In this document: positions 8,521 to 16,529 of the stretch, piece after piece | Numbering within the stretch: the first letter of the stretch is position 1 | Layout of the letters: every line of letters begins with the position of its first letter | DNA from: a virus | Length of the DNA: 64,000 bases | Reading direction: 5' to 3' (one strand) | IMG/VR virus record: IMGVR_UViG_3300037042_004000 | Coordinates: 1 to 64,000 of that record | Translations under genes and position numbers: made by a program | Notes under the pieces: generated by a model | What the model was told of the DNA's origin: nothing | The model's database searches: none | The model's input: only the letters and a program-made list of their open reading frames with translations

Positions 8521-8673
8521 TTACCACTTCGACCAGAAGCATCGTGACCAACGTCTGTTAAAAGCAGAAGAAAGATAAAAATTAAAGTTAAAAATCCCCG
8601 ATCCCCAATTATTATTCCAACAATCAGAATAATTTGTCCAAGCAGGGTATAATGGTTTTTTAATAATTTTCAT
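8521..8673 (-). CDS. Trp-rich micropeptide (50 aa)
   Basis: MKIIKKPLYPAW...RRWSRCFWSKW*; TATATA lies upstream. Confidence 0.4.
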   Translation of the reverse strand: MKIIKKPLYPAWTNYSDCWNNNWGSGIFNFNFYLSSAFNRRWSRCFWSKW

Positions 8674-8713
8674 AAATAAGCATATATACTTTTAACTTTT
8701 AAGGAGAGGAAAC

Positions 8714-9076
8714 ATGGGAGCTACAAGCGTAACAGGCGTATCTGGAGTAGGTTCTGCTGAAGGTCATACAAAGGGACCGAATAATAGTCGCAATACATAT
8801 GTGCCATTAGTTGGCCCAAGAGTTATAGCTGCTGGTCATGGTCAATTATCTACTGGAACATTGGTAGTTTATATGCCAACACCGATACCTAACGGTGCGA
8901 ATTTAATTTTATCGGTTACAGAGATATTGGTTTCATCAGCAGTCACAAGTGATGCAGCCACTATTGGAGATGTAACATTAAACGTAGGTGGTGACTTAAT
9001 ACAGTTTACCATTAAAGGGACAAATAATAATTATGTTAATTGGCTAGTTGTTAATCCTGGATTTTTCATTGGTTAA
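8714..9076 (+). CDS. MGAxSVTGV-family protein, putative virion decoration/structural protein
   Basis: Strong AAGGAG RBS; N-terminus shared with 12816-13247 and 13264-13692. Confidence 0.6.
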   Translation: MGATSVTGVSGVGSAEGHTKGPNNSRNTYVPLVGPRVIAAGHGQLSTGTLVVYMPTPIPNGANLILSVTEILVSSAVTSDAATIGDVTLNVGGDLIQFTIKGTNNNYVNWLVVNPGFFIG

Positions 9077-9532
9077 AAATAGTTTATTAAAATTGTTTCA
9101 TCCAATGGTGTAATATCTTGATCTAATTCAAAGACAGCTTCAACACAAATTTCATAATCTTTTAAAAACTCTTCATAGGTAGGAGGAATAATTAGTTCGC
9201 TTTTTGTTATTGCACATTGTCTGTTTTTGGCAAGTTGTTCATCAATATACTTGTCACTTTGTTCAATATATTTATTGGTATTATTAATTTGGTCAACAAA
9301 CACTTTAAATTCTGTTTTTAATTGTTCGTCGGTAAAAGAGAGTCTAAGTTTGTCACGGGCATTTATTTCATTTTCAGCCTTAACCAAATAGATCTGATCC
9401 GCTGTGACTTACCGCAGGGCAAGCCAGCTCCCTCGCCTGCGGCTCGGTCGCCACCGCTCACGGGTCAAACATCAGTAGATGGTGTGGCTTTCGCCGAAGC
9501 GTAGTAACATCACAAACCACATAAGTTTTCAT
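9073..9532 (-). pseudogene. Hypothetical gene interrupted by the 100-bp mini-element
   Basis: Removing 9404-9503 gives 360 nt in frame, MKTYVVCDVTADQIYLVKAEN...; its ATG overlaps the upstream TGA (ATGA). Confidence 0.8.
9404..9503 (-). mobile_element. 100-bp non-autonomous IS605-derived mini-element (MITE/PATE-like)
   Basis: First 76 nt match 4342-4417 at 70/76; last 22 nt are identical to 5862-5883; preceded by TTAC. Confidence 0.92.
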
Positions 9533-10110
9533 TTTAATAGTTCTGTTTTGTTTCTAGAATTTAGAAGGAATGGAGTGGGATCACGCAAAGCATCGCAAAA
9601 ACCTTGTGATGCGGTTGTTATTCCAGGAGCATAAAGTTCGATATGTAACATGTAACAGGAATGTCCTTGAATATCTGGTCTTTCTTTTACTTGTGGCAGG
9701 ACACGGGTAACGGAACCAATTGCTTCACCTTTTCTGACGGAATAACCTACAATCATTTTAGGATTAACCGCAATTTCGCCATATAAAATTACACCAGTGG
9801 CACCTTCAACAAGAATAGCATCAGTGTTGAGCCACCAAGAAGAATTATCTTGGGGTCCAGTAAAATGTTCAATACCAACAACTATTCCAGGTTCAACGGC
9901 GTGAACGACATTACCGTCATATGTATAAAGATCTACACCTGTATGTTTTGAATGTTTTCTTTGGACTCCAAAGGCCCCTGGATGATTTTCAACAGGGATT
10001 TTTGGGTCTAGAACGTCTAAGGGAAACCGCCATTTGGTAGCTTCTTTTAACGTATTAATAATGTCGAGGATGAGTGCCATTGCTCCTTCTCCATCATCCC
10101 CACAAGCCAA
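9529..10110 (-). CDS. M23-family peptidase domain; its N-terminus is the displaced C-terminus of CoaC
   Basis: HTGVDL and HSCYMLHIEL zinc motifs; frame begins LACGDDGEGAM. Confidence 0.8.
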   Translation of the reverse strand: MACGDDGEGAMALILDIINTLKEATKWRFPLDVLDPKIPVENHPGAFGVQRKHSKHTGVDLYTYDGNVVHAVEPGIVVGIEHFTGPQDNSSWWLNTDAILVEGATGVILYGEIAVNPKMIVGYSVRKGEAIGSVTRVLPQVKERPDIQGHSCYMLHIELYAPGITTASQGFCDALRDPTPFLLNSRNKTELLK

Positions 10111-10580
10111 TTTTTACTAATTGGTTCAACTAGATAAACATTTCCAAAATCTTTCACTTTGGACAGATGTTCTTTAGTAAGTGGATGCAAATACATATTG
10201 GTATTTGCGGTGGGCGCTAAGATAATTGGTTTATTCCAATCCCATGCTCTAAGGATGCTAGTAAGTAAATTATCACAAATACCATTTGCCATTTTGGCAA
10301 GGGTATTCATGGAGCATGGTGCAATAACAAGGACATGAGCCCATTTTCTTAATTCTATATGCAGGACTGGGTCATCTTTTTGCCATTGATTATCCCATCC
10401 ATTAGGTCTTTCCCATCGCCATTCATCATCATCTGTATACATATCTTCCCAGAAATTCATAAATTTCAAGGCACATGGAGTAGTCACAATTTTCACACTT
10501 CCCAACTCAGAAAGTGCTTGTCTTGTTTTTTCATAAAGGGTGGTAGCGACACTACCCGTTAGACCTAAAATAATGTTCAT
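10047..10580 (-). CDS. coaC: Phosphopantothenoylcysteine decarboxylase (HFCD flavoprotein), frameshifted near 10111-10115
   Basis: ILGLTGSVA, LHIELRKWA, IAPCSMNTLAKMANGICDNLLT, APTANTNMYLHP. Confidence 0.88.
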   Translation of the reverse strand: MNIILGLTGSVATTLYEKTRQALSELGSVKIVTTPCALKFMNFWEDMYTDDDEWRWERPNGWDNQWQKDDPVLHIELRKWAHVLVIAPCSMNTLAKMANGICDNLLTSILRAWDWNKPIILAPTANTNMYLHPLTKEHLSKVKDFGNVYLVEPISKNWLVGMMEKEQWHSSSTLLIR

Positions 10581-10702
10581 TTCCAAGACCTAGACCTAGA
10601 CCAAGACCTAGACCAAGACCAAGACCAAGACCAAGATGAAGACCAAGATAAAGACCAAGGCCAAAATGGGGACTCAGAATTTATTTTTTGAAATAATTTC
10701 AT
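10577..10702 (-). CDS. 41-aa Ser-Trp/Ser-Arg dipeptide-repeat micropeptide
   Basis: MKLFQKINSESPFWPWSLSWSSSWSWSWSWSRSWSRSRSWK*, encoded by (TCTWGG)n; stop overlaps the coaC ATG (ATGA). Confidence 0.6.
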   Translation of the reverse strand: MKLFQKINSESPFWPWSLSWSSSWSWSWSWSRSWSRSRSWK

Positions 10703-10710
10703 GTAAGCAA

Positions 10711-11457
10711 CTACTCCTTAAATTCTTTTGCCCATCTTGCGGTGCGGCAGATTTTACTAGCGACGTGATTAGGATTATCAATTACACCTTTTTCCAATCT
10801 CATTGTATAATCTTTGCCTTTTTGCACAAGATGGAGGACATGGTTTCCTTGAACAATGGATAGCCAATCATTAGCGACTACAATATCGCAATCATTATCT
10901 TCGATGCTTTTTCTGGCAGCGGCGATTAATTCTTCTTGGGTAGCACCTACAAGTAATTTAAAGCCGACAAGTAGGGTGGTTGGACACCATTTTTTGACTT
11001 GACTAATTAATTTTGGAAGTGGTTTAAGATGGATAGAGAGAGCGTCATTTGAACGAATTTTACCATCAACTACATTTTCTACCCCATAATCGGAGACAGC
11101 AGCAGCAAGGACTGTAATATCTGGTTTTTGTTCTACTAGAATTTTTTCTAATAAAGCTGCATATTCATCAAAGGTTTTGTAGATATGTTCAGTATATTTA
11201 TCTTTTGCGAAATTCCAAAGACCATGAGCATCCAGTAATTTTCGCATATTAGTTTCATAGTCACTGGATAGGTTTAGATCAATATTTACGGTGAATGGGG
11301 AGTTGGATCGTTTAGCTCTAAGAAAGATAACTTCTTCACCCAATAAGAGTGTTTCATGTGCCAATTGCGCACCAAATGTTCCTTGGCTCATATTGGTGAT
11401 AGATCTAACTTGGTCGATTTTAATCTTTGTTCCGCCAGAAGTGATAAGAACTTTCAT
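10711..11457 (-). CDS. coaB: Phosphopantothenate-cysteine ligase
   Basis: VLITSGGT..IDQVRSITNMSQGTFG, AAAVSDY, KIRS, PKLI, LVGFKL, VVAND. Confidence 0.92.
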   Translation of the reverse strand: MKVLITSGGTKIKIDQVRSITNMSQGTFGAQLAHETLLLGEEVIFLRAKRSNSPFTVNIDLNLSSDYETNMRKLLDAHGLWNFAKDKYTEHIYKTFDEYAALLEKILVEQKPDITVLAAAVSDYGVENVVDGKIRSNDALSIHLKPLPKLISQVKKWCPTTLLVGFKLLVGATQEELIAAARKSIEDNDCDIVVANDWLSIVQGNHVLHLVQKGKDYTMRLEKGVIDNPNHVASKICRTARWAKEFKE

Positions 11458-11672
11458 TTTTTAAATCCTATTTTTGTTTTATTTTTTCCATCTGTTGATA
11501 TTTCAACATCATCTAGCCATTCAGATTTTCGGGTTCTGTTGTCCCACCATACAACTTGATATTGAATTCTTCCGCAATATAATGCAATACCTATAATTGT
11601 TGCAGGAAATCTATCGCCACCTAATCCTATCGTTACTTCTTGATTAAGACTCAACACAATTATTTCACTCAT
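11454..11672 (-). CDS. Small SH3-like beta hypothetical protein
   Basis: YQVVWWD; ATGA-coupled to coaB. Confidence 0.5.
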   Translation of the reverse strand: MSEIIVLSLNQEVTIGLGGDRFPATIIGIALYCGRIQYQVVWWDNRTRKSEWLDDVEISTDGKNKTKIGFKK

Positions 11673-11673
11673 G

Positions 11674-11865
11674 TTAAAACCTTTTTAAATTCATTGTGAA
11701 AGTTGTTTTTTCTTCACTATCTGACATAGCATTAATTAGAACCTGTGCCTCAAAAACTATGTTCTGCATACGATGACAAACTAATAACGCACTAACAAAA
11801 TCGTTGTTCCACAAAGTTTTGCCATAGTCCCTTAGTTCTTTTAGGTGTTCTAGGTAGGTATTCAT
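11674..11865 (-). CDS. Hypothetical protein
   Basis: ORF track; operon context. Confidence 0.5.
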   Translation of the reverse strand: MNTYLEHLKELRDYGKTLWNNDFVSALLVCHRMQNIVFEAQVLINAMSDSEEKTTFTMNLKRF

Positions 11866-11903
11866 ACTTTTTTAAATCCAATTTTTTATTTTATGCTCGT
11901 CTT

Positions 11904-12179
11904 TTATTGGAAATATTTCAACTTTTTCACAAAGTCTAGGATTTGCTTGGCATGTAACTCATTAAATACGGTTCTATTTTCATCATCAGGATCTTGTGGA
12001 TCTTGTTGAGTATTGGTGTAAACATCTGCAAACGACAATTGCAAGCAATCTAATTGTTGTGTTTTATTTATTTTTGGCCAATCGGTATGAGAGTCAATAG
12101 AAATGCAAATCCACGGTTTATCGAATGTGAATTTTTGTGCTTCAGATTTTGACAAGATTAAAATTTTTCCGAACCGCAT
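11904..12179 (-). CDS. N-terminal part of a predicted protein-tyrosine-phosphatase-like protein, lacking the CX5R loop
   Basis: ICISI...LQLSFADV...FNELHAKQILDFV, then stop. Confidence 0.45.
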   Translation of the reverse strand: MRFGKILILSKSEAQKFTFDKPWICISIDSHTDWPKINKTQQLDCLQLSFADVYTNTQQDPQDPDDENRTVFNELHAKQILDFVKKLKYFQ

Positions 12180-12715
12180 TAAAGAAGCCCATCTACGAAT
12201 GTGATTATTCCTTGTTTTTCCATTTCTTGAATTTGCATGTCAAGGTCATGTCCTTCTGGTGTAGACCAATTTACTTCTACCCACAGAAGTTTAAATTCGT
12301 CAGCTAATTCTCTTTCAGCACATTTTATTTTCTTTTTTGTGTATGTAATGTTATTGGTGAGCCTGGAAACTTCTTGCCATACTTTAGTGGCGTGTGTGAG
12401 GTATTCTTTTTTCTCTTTTTTGCCTTTATTACCTTTCGAAAATGTTATTGCAGGGTCTAGGTAAGGTTCCATAGCAGGCAGATTACAAATTTTTGCAACG
12501 ATTTCTTCACATTCTTTAATTTCGGTTTCCCACTCAATAATTTTTGTGAATGGGTTATCACAAATTATTGTAGCATATTTGGAGTTTTTTGTGAGGGTGA
12601 GTGGGTCTGGATGACCTCTACCACATGCTTCACAATGTTTTATATCTTCGGGTTTCCAAGCAATTACGAAGCTACTGCTGGAGCTATTTGAGACAAAACC
12701 TAGTCTAAATTTCAT
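12179..12715 (-). CDS. MKxRxGFVSNSSSSSF-family phage protein (start revised)
   Basis: MKFRLGFVSNSSSSSFVI; CEACG. Confidence 0.7.
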   Translation of the reverse strand: MKFRLGFVSNSSSSSFVIAWKPEDIKHCEACGRGHPDPLTLTKNSKYATIICDNPFTKIIEWETEIKECEEIVAKICNLPAMEPYLDPAITFSKGNKGKKEKKEYLTHATKVWQEVSRLTNNITYTKKKIKCAERELADEFKLLWVEVNWSTPEGHDLDMQIQEMEKQGIITFVDGLL

Positions 12716-12753
12716 AATACCCCCATTAGTGTGGCAATTCGCCACATGAAAAC

Positions 12754-12779
12754 AAAAAGGAATGGCCGAAACCATTCCT
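12754..12779 (-). terminator. Rho-independent terminator
   Basis: AGGAATGG/CCATTCCT stem followed by a T-run on the minus strand. Confidence 0.65.
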
Positions 12780-12815
12780 CATTATACCACATTTATCACA
12801 ACTTGTAAAGCTAAA

Positions 12816-13247
12816 TTACGGAGTGTTTGGGTTGTCTTTTACGATATCCAGACCAAAACCAACAGTCAACACTTCGTACATAAATCTACCAACTTGGCCA
12901 GTAGAGCCAGATATGGTTGAATAAATGTCAAAGTGGTCAAATTGGTCATTTGTGTCATCATTTTTTACAACATACCAAGCAGTTGCTCGAATGTCGAGTT
13001 CATCTCTAGTAAATGGTGTGAGCATGACGACATATTCTGTTTCGCTTTTTGGAAGTGGACCTTCTGGAAAGTAGACAGTTGCTTGTCCCGCATATTGGTC
13101 TGTAGCATGTGCTGTTACAACTTCCCCAGCCATTACTACGTGTGGACAGAGTTGTGGAACGAAGAAATTTCGTCCATTGCTTGGTCCCTTGAGACCTGAG
13201 TTTGTAGCCGATCCTAATCCTACGCCTGTTACTGAACTTGCTCCCAT
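12816..13247 (-). CDS. MGAxSVTGV-family protein, tandem copy 2
   Basis: N- and C-termini nearly identical to 13264-13692. Confidence 0.75.
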   Translation of the reverse strand: MGASSVTGVGLGSATNSGLKGPSNGRNFFVPQLCPHVVMAGEVVTAHATDQYAGQATVYFPEGPLPKSETEYVVMLTPFTRDELDIRATAWYVVKNDDTNDQFDHFDIYSTISGSTGQVGRFMYEVLTVGFGLDIVKDNPNTP

Positions 13248-13263
13248 GATATATTTTCTCCTT

Positions 13264-13692
13264 TTATGGTGTGTTTGGGTTATCTTTAACAATATCGAGA
13301 CCGAAACCAATTGTTGTTACTTCAAACATGAATCTACCAATATCTTCGGTTTGTCCGCTAATTGTTGAATAAATGTCAAAATGGTCAAATTGGTTATTTA
13401 AGTCATCGGTTTTAACAACATAGTAATTTGTGGCAACAATATCGCCATCTTCTCTCACTAATGATGTTAGCATTACAACATAATGCACTTCACTTTTAGG
13501 AAGTGGTCCTTCTGGGAAATACACAGTGGCTCTTCCGCCAGCTTCTCCCCAAGGAGTTGTTTCAACTTCGCCAGCCATAACAATGTGTGAACAAAGTTGT
13601 GGGACAAAGAAATTTCGTCCATTACTTGGACCCTTGAGACCAGACTTTTCAGCCGATCCTAACCCTACGCCTGTTACTGAACTTGCTCCCAT
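13264..13692 (-). CDS. MGAxSVTGV-family protein, tandem copy 1
   Basis: MGASSVTGVGLGSA...GFGLDIVKDNPNTP. Confidence 0.75.
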   Translation of the reverse strand: MGASSVTGVGLGSAEKSGLKGPSNGRNFFVPQLCSHIVMAGEVETTPWGEAGGRATVYFPEGPLPKSEVHYVVMLTSLVREDGDIVATNYYVVKTDDLNNQFDHFDIYSTISGQTEDIGRFMFEVTTIGFGLDIVKDNPNTP

Positions 13693-13766
13693 AATATTTC
13701 CCTATGTTAAAGTCTAAATTTATATATGAACACAAAATTAATTTAAAAGTAAAATTTTTCCAAATG

Positions 13767-13979
13767 TCATTTAGTCGTCCTTACATCACATTCTGTATCG
13801 TGTTCGCAGATATATTCACAATACATATCACGCATCAGCCAGGCGTATTTTTCAATAAAATCCGCCACAGCATCTTCCTTATTTTCTATATGATTAAACC
13901 ATTTGTGCTTATCAATGTGTCTATTAACAACATTGATTTGAGTATTAAGGAAGTCGATAAAATGGGGGCAAATACTCAT
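13767..13979 (-). CDS. Small Cys/His-containing hypothetical protein
   Basis: AGGAGG RBS before MSICPHF. Confidence 0.6.
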   Translation of the reverse strand: MSICPHFIDFLNTQINVVNRHIDKHKWFNHIENKEDAVADFIEKYAWLMRDMYCEYICEHDTECDVRTTK

Positions 13980-14142
13980 ATTCCCTCCTACTAAATGAGA
14001 AGACACCATTTATATATTACCTCAGTGAAAACAAAAAGCAAGAAAAATTTTTTGGATTACTATAATAGTATCGACCCTAGACTTATAAAAGCTGGGGTAC
14101 TGACCGTAATAGTTCGGCAGTAGAAAACAAAAGGAGATTTTT

Positions 14143-14595
14143 ATGAACCGTAATTTGATGTTGAGAGACCAGTTATTTTCGCCGCTTGAGTTAGTGTTTG
14201 ATGACTTCTTTAGTAATTTTTGGAAAAATGGATCTTTAGATAAGATCAAGGCTACTGCTGGCTATCCAAAAATGGACATTGGTAACGAAGGTAGAAATTT
14301 TGTAATTCGTGCTGCTGTTCCAGGAGTTAATGCGGAAGATTTGAAAATAGAATTAGAAAATTCCACAGTTAGAATTAGTGGAAGAATGGCAGAAGAATAT
14401 TGCACTCCTGAAAATCACCCTTACTATGTTAAAGAATTGTGCAAACGAACATTTTCTAGAACAATTACACTTCCAGAAAATGTAAGTGGTGATCCAGAAG
14501 CGACAATTAAAGATGGCATCTTAGTTTTGAAATGGGAGATACCGGAGGAGGTGAATCCTAATGCTCCCCGAATTATTCAAATTAAGAAAGAATAA
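14143..14595 (+). CDS. hsp20: Small heat-shock protein (Hsp20/alpha-crystallin)
   Basis: YPKMDI, AAVPGV..EDLKIEL, FSRTITLP, ATIKDGILVL, IIQI tail. Confidence 0.93.
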   Translation: MNRNLMLRDQLFSPLELVFDDFFSNFWKNGSLDKIKATAGYPKMDIGNEGRNFVIRAAVPGVNAEDLKIELENSTVRISGRMAEEYCTPENHPYYVKELCKRTFSRTITLPENVSGDPEATIKDGILVLKWEIPEEVNPNAPRIIQIKKE

Positions 14596-14605
14596 TTCTG
14601 TAACT

Positions 14606-14641
14606 AAACACAGGGGACTAATTTTAGTCCCCTGTGTTTTT
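14606..14641. terminator. Bidirectional terminator between convergent genes
   Basis: 16-bp perfect stem AAACACAGGGGACTAA/TTAGTCCCCTGTGTTT. Confidence 0.8.
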
Positions 14642-14971
14642 GTTGAACCATTGTAAAAAAAGACGATAAACCTTTGCATAAGCTCGTCCAAAAGCAGGTC
14701 CATGATCGTCTTTATCTGAACTATGCCAGGAGAGACAATGACTTGCCTCATGACACACAACTTCCATAGCAAAAATTTCTGGAAGATTTTTATCCACACG
14801 AACTAAATATTTTTTTCCATAATAACAACAATCTCCCAAAGTGTTTTTTGGACACTTGACTCGTCTTACAGAAAAACTTACAGATAATTTATTTTTTAAA
14901 AATCGAACTAGCGAGTAAAATCTATTTTTTTCAACATATGCTGGCAATTGAGAATATCTGTTATTTCGCAT
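14624..14971 (-). CDS. Small HExxH zincin metallopeptidase (SprT/ImmA-like)
   Basis: VVCHEASH...DHGPAF. Confidence 0.7.
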   Translation of the reverse strand: MRNNRYSQLPAYVEKNRFYSLVRFLKNKLSVSFSVRRVKCPKNTLGDCCYYGKKYLVRVDKNLPEIFAMEVVCHEASHCLSWHSSDKDDHGPAFGRAYAKVYRLFLQWFNKNTGD

Positions 14972-15007
14972 TATGCCTCCTTACAAGTTCATAATGTATT
15001 TAGAATT

Positions 15008-15053
15008 AAAAAAGCACAGATTATTCGCATTTGGAAATAATTTGTGCTTTTAA
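15008..15053 (-). terminator. Hairpin terminator downstream of the CCA-like gene
   Basis: AAAAGCACAGATTATT/AATAATTTGTGCTTTT stem. Confidence 0.6.
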
Positions 15054-15089
15054 ATTGTCGCAAGTCGTTTTGTAGTAATGACTTACATC

Positions 15090-16529
15090 TCATTCGTCTT
15101 CATTGTTTACTGGCAACATTTTCATAAATTTTTCAATTTCCATGTCATCTAGGGCCTTTGGTTTTAATAAATCAGGAAATTGTGCAACATCGTCAAAACT
15201 AGCCAAGGGGTTATCATGATCGGCAAAAGTTTTAACATGGACAGCCCATAAGGGTCGTTTATTTCTGACACGACCTTTAGAATCGGTTATGTTAAACATT
15301 TCTACCCAATCTTTAAGTTGGTCTTTTGATAAACCAGTTCCTTTAAGTGCTTTCAGGAATCTTGGTCGATCTTGTGGAGTAAATTCTTTTAAAAACAACA
15401 GGAACAAGACGGCTCTTCTTTCTTGATCGGACCAACCAGTTTGTTTTTCCGCTCTTGAAGATGCCAAAGTATCAGCTACTTTTTCAATTGGGTTATTTTG
15501 TAGTAACCATGCTAATGCCAAAGACTTATCTCTTTGTTGAGAAAATTGTGGAGGAATATCCATATTAATTTCTATATCAGGAAACAATTTTTTCATAAGC
15601 CCTTGATTTTGATATAATTTAACATAACGTTTAATATCGGTATCTGGATGTAGCAAACCTTTTAAGAATTCATCTCTTATTTTGGTCATTTCAACACCAT
15701 CTAAACCTTTATGACGTTCCATTGCTTTTTTGATATCTGGATCTAAATCAGCATATTTGCTAAATCTAGAGTGGAATCTAACTGTTCTTAAAACCCTAGA
15801 AGGATCTTCTTTAAATCTATCTTCTGCTTTTCCAACGGCTCTTACCAATTCATTATTAACATCGTGCCATCCTTGTTTAGTTGGATCAAATAGTTTACTA
15901 TTTTCGCCATCTGATTTACTCAATTCTATATAAAGAGCATTGATGGTGAGATCTCTTGTAGCCGCATCGTCAATTGGGTTGTCTACAAAATCATTAGCAT
16001 CAGCAGTTTCAGTTTTTGGATCTTTTCTTAATGTTTCTATTACAAATTCTTCTCCATTGACAACAGCACCGATGGAGTAAGGTTTATTTTTACTATTTTT
16101 CCCTTTAACCAACCACAATCTCTTGCTAGATTCTTCGGCTTCTTTTGGGGTAAAAGTTAATTTTAAGTTTGGTTTTTGGCCATCTAATTTGAAGCCAGCC
16201 GAATGTAGAATTAAGGCGATTTGGGCAGGGGTTGCGTTGGTAGCAAGGTGGAAGTCTTGTGGAGACTTTCCTTTTAAAAAGTCTCTCACAGATCCGCCGC
16301 ACAGAAATAGTGTTTTCTTTGGCATAGTAACTTCTTTGGAGGTATCATCCATGATTTGAATTTCTGCACTATTTAGAAAAGCATCTATTAATGGTCTCAT
16401 TTTTGGAGGAGGAATGAACCCTTTCTCTAATTGGATAAATTCTTTTCTCCAATCTTTGTTGTTATCAGTTTCACTAAACATTTCGTTTTTGGTTTTTACG
16501 AAATCTTTAAACGATTTATTTATAATCAT
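15090..16529 (-). CDS. cca: CCA-adding enzyme/poly(A) polymerase family nucleotidyltransferase with DxD changed to DxH
   Basis: GGSVRD...DFHLAT, TRDLTINAL, EDPSRVLRTVRF; start revised to the ATGA overlap at 16529. Confidence 0.85.
   Translation of the reverse strand: MIINKSFKDFVKTKNEMFSETDNNKDWRKEFIQLEKGFIPPPKMRPLIDAFLNSAEIQIMDDTSKEVTMPKKTLFLCGGSVRDFLKGKSPQDFHLATNATPAQIALILHSAGFKLDGQKPNLKLTFTPKEAEESSKRLWLVKGKNSKNKPYSIGAVVNGEEFVIETLRKDPKTETADANDFVDNPIDDAATRDLTINALYIELSKSDGENSKLFDPTKQGWHDVNNELVRAVGKAEDRFKEDPSRVLRTVRFHSRFSKYADLDPDIKKAMERHKGLDGVEMTKIRDEFLKGLLHPDTDIKRYVKLYQNQGLMKKLFPDIEINMDIPPQFSQQRDKSLALAWLLQNNPIEKVADTLASSRAEKQTGWSDQERRAVLFLLFLKEFTPQDRPRFLKALKGTGLSKDQLKDWVEMFNITDSKGRVRNKRPLWAVHVKTFADHDNPLASFDDVAQFPDLLKPKALDDMEIEKFMKMLPVNNEDE

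Noticed and set aside
10105-10120. Programmed -1 ribosomal frameshift
   Set aside because: T AAA AAT is not a canonical slippery heptamer; a second homopolymer indel near 2665 makes sequencing error at least as likely
10047-10702. RiPP system (LanD-type decarboxylase plus precursor peptide)
   Set aside because: The peptide has no Cys, and the adjacent coaB supports a PPC decarboxylase role
12816-13692. Diversity-generating retroelement TR/VR pair
   Set aside because: No reverse transcriptase in the window; both copies are full genes and the differences include indels
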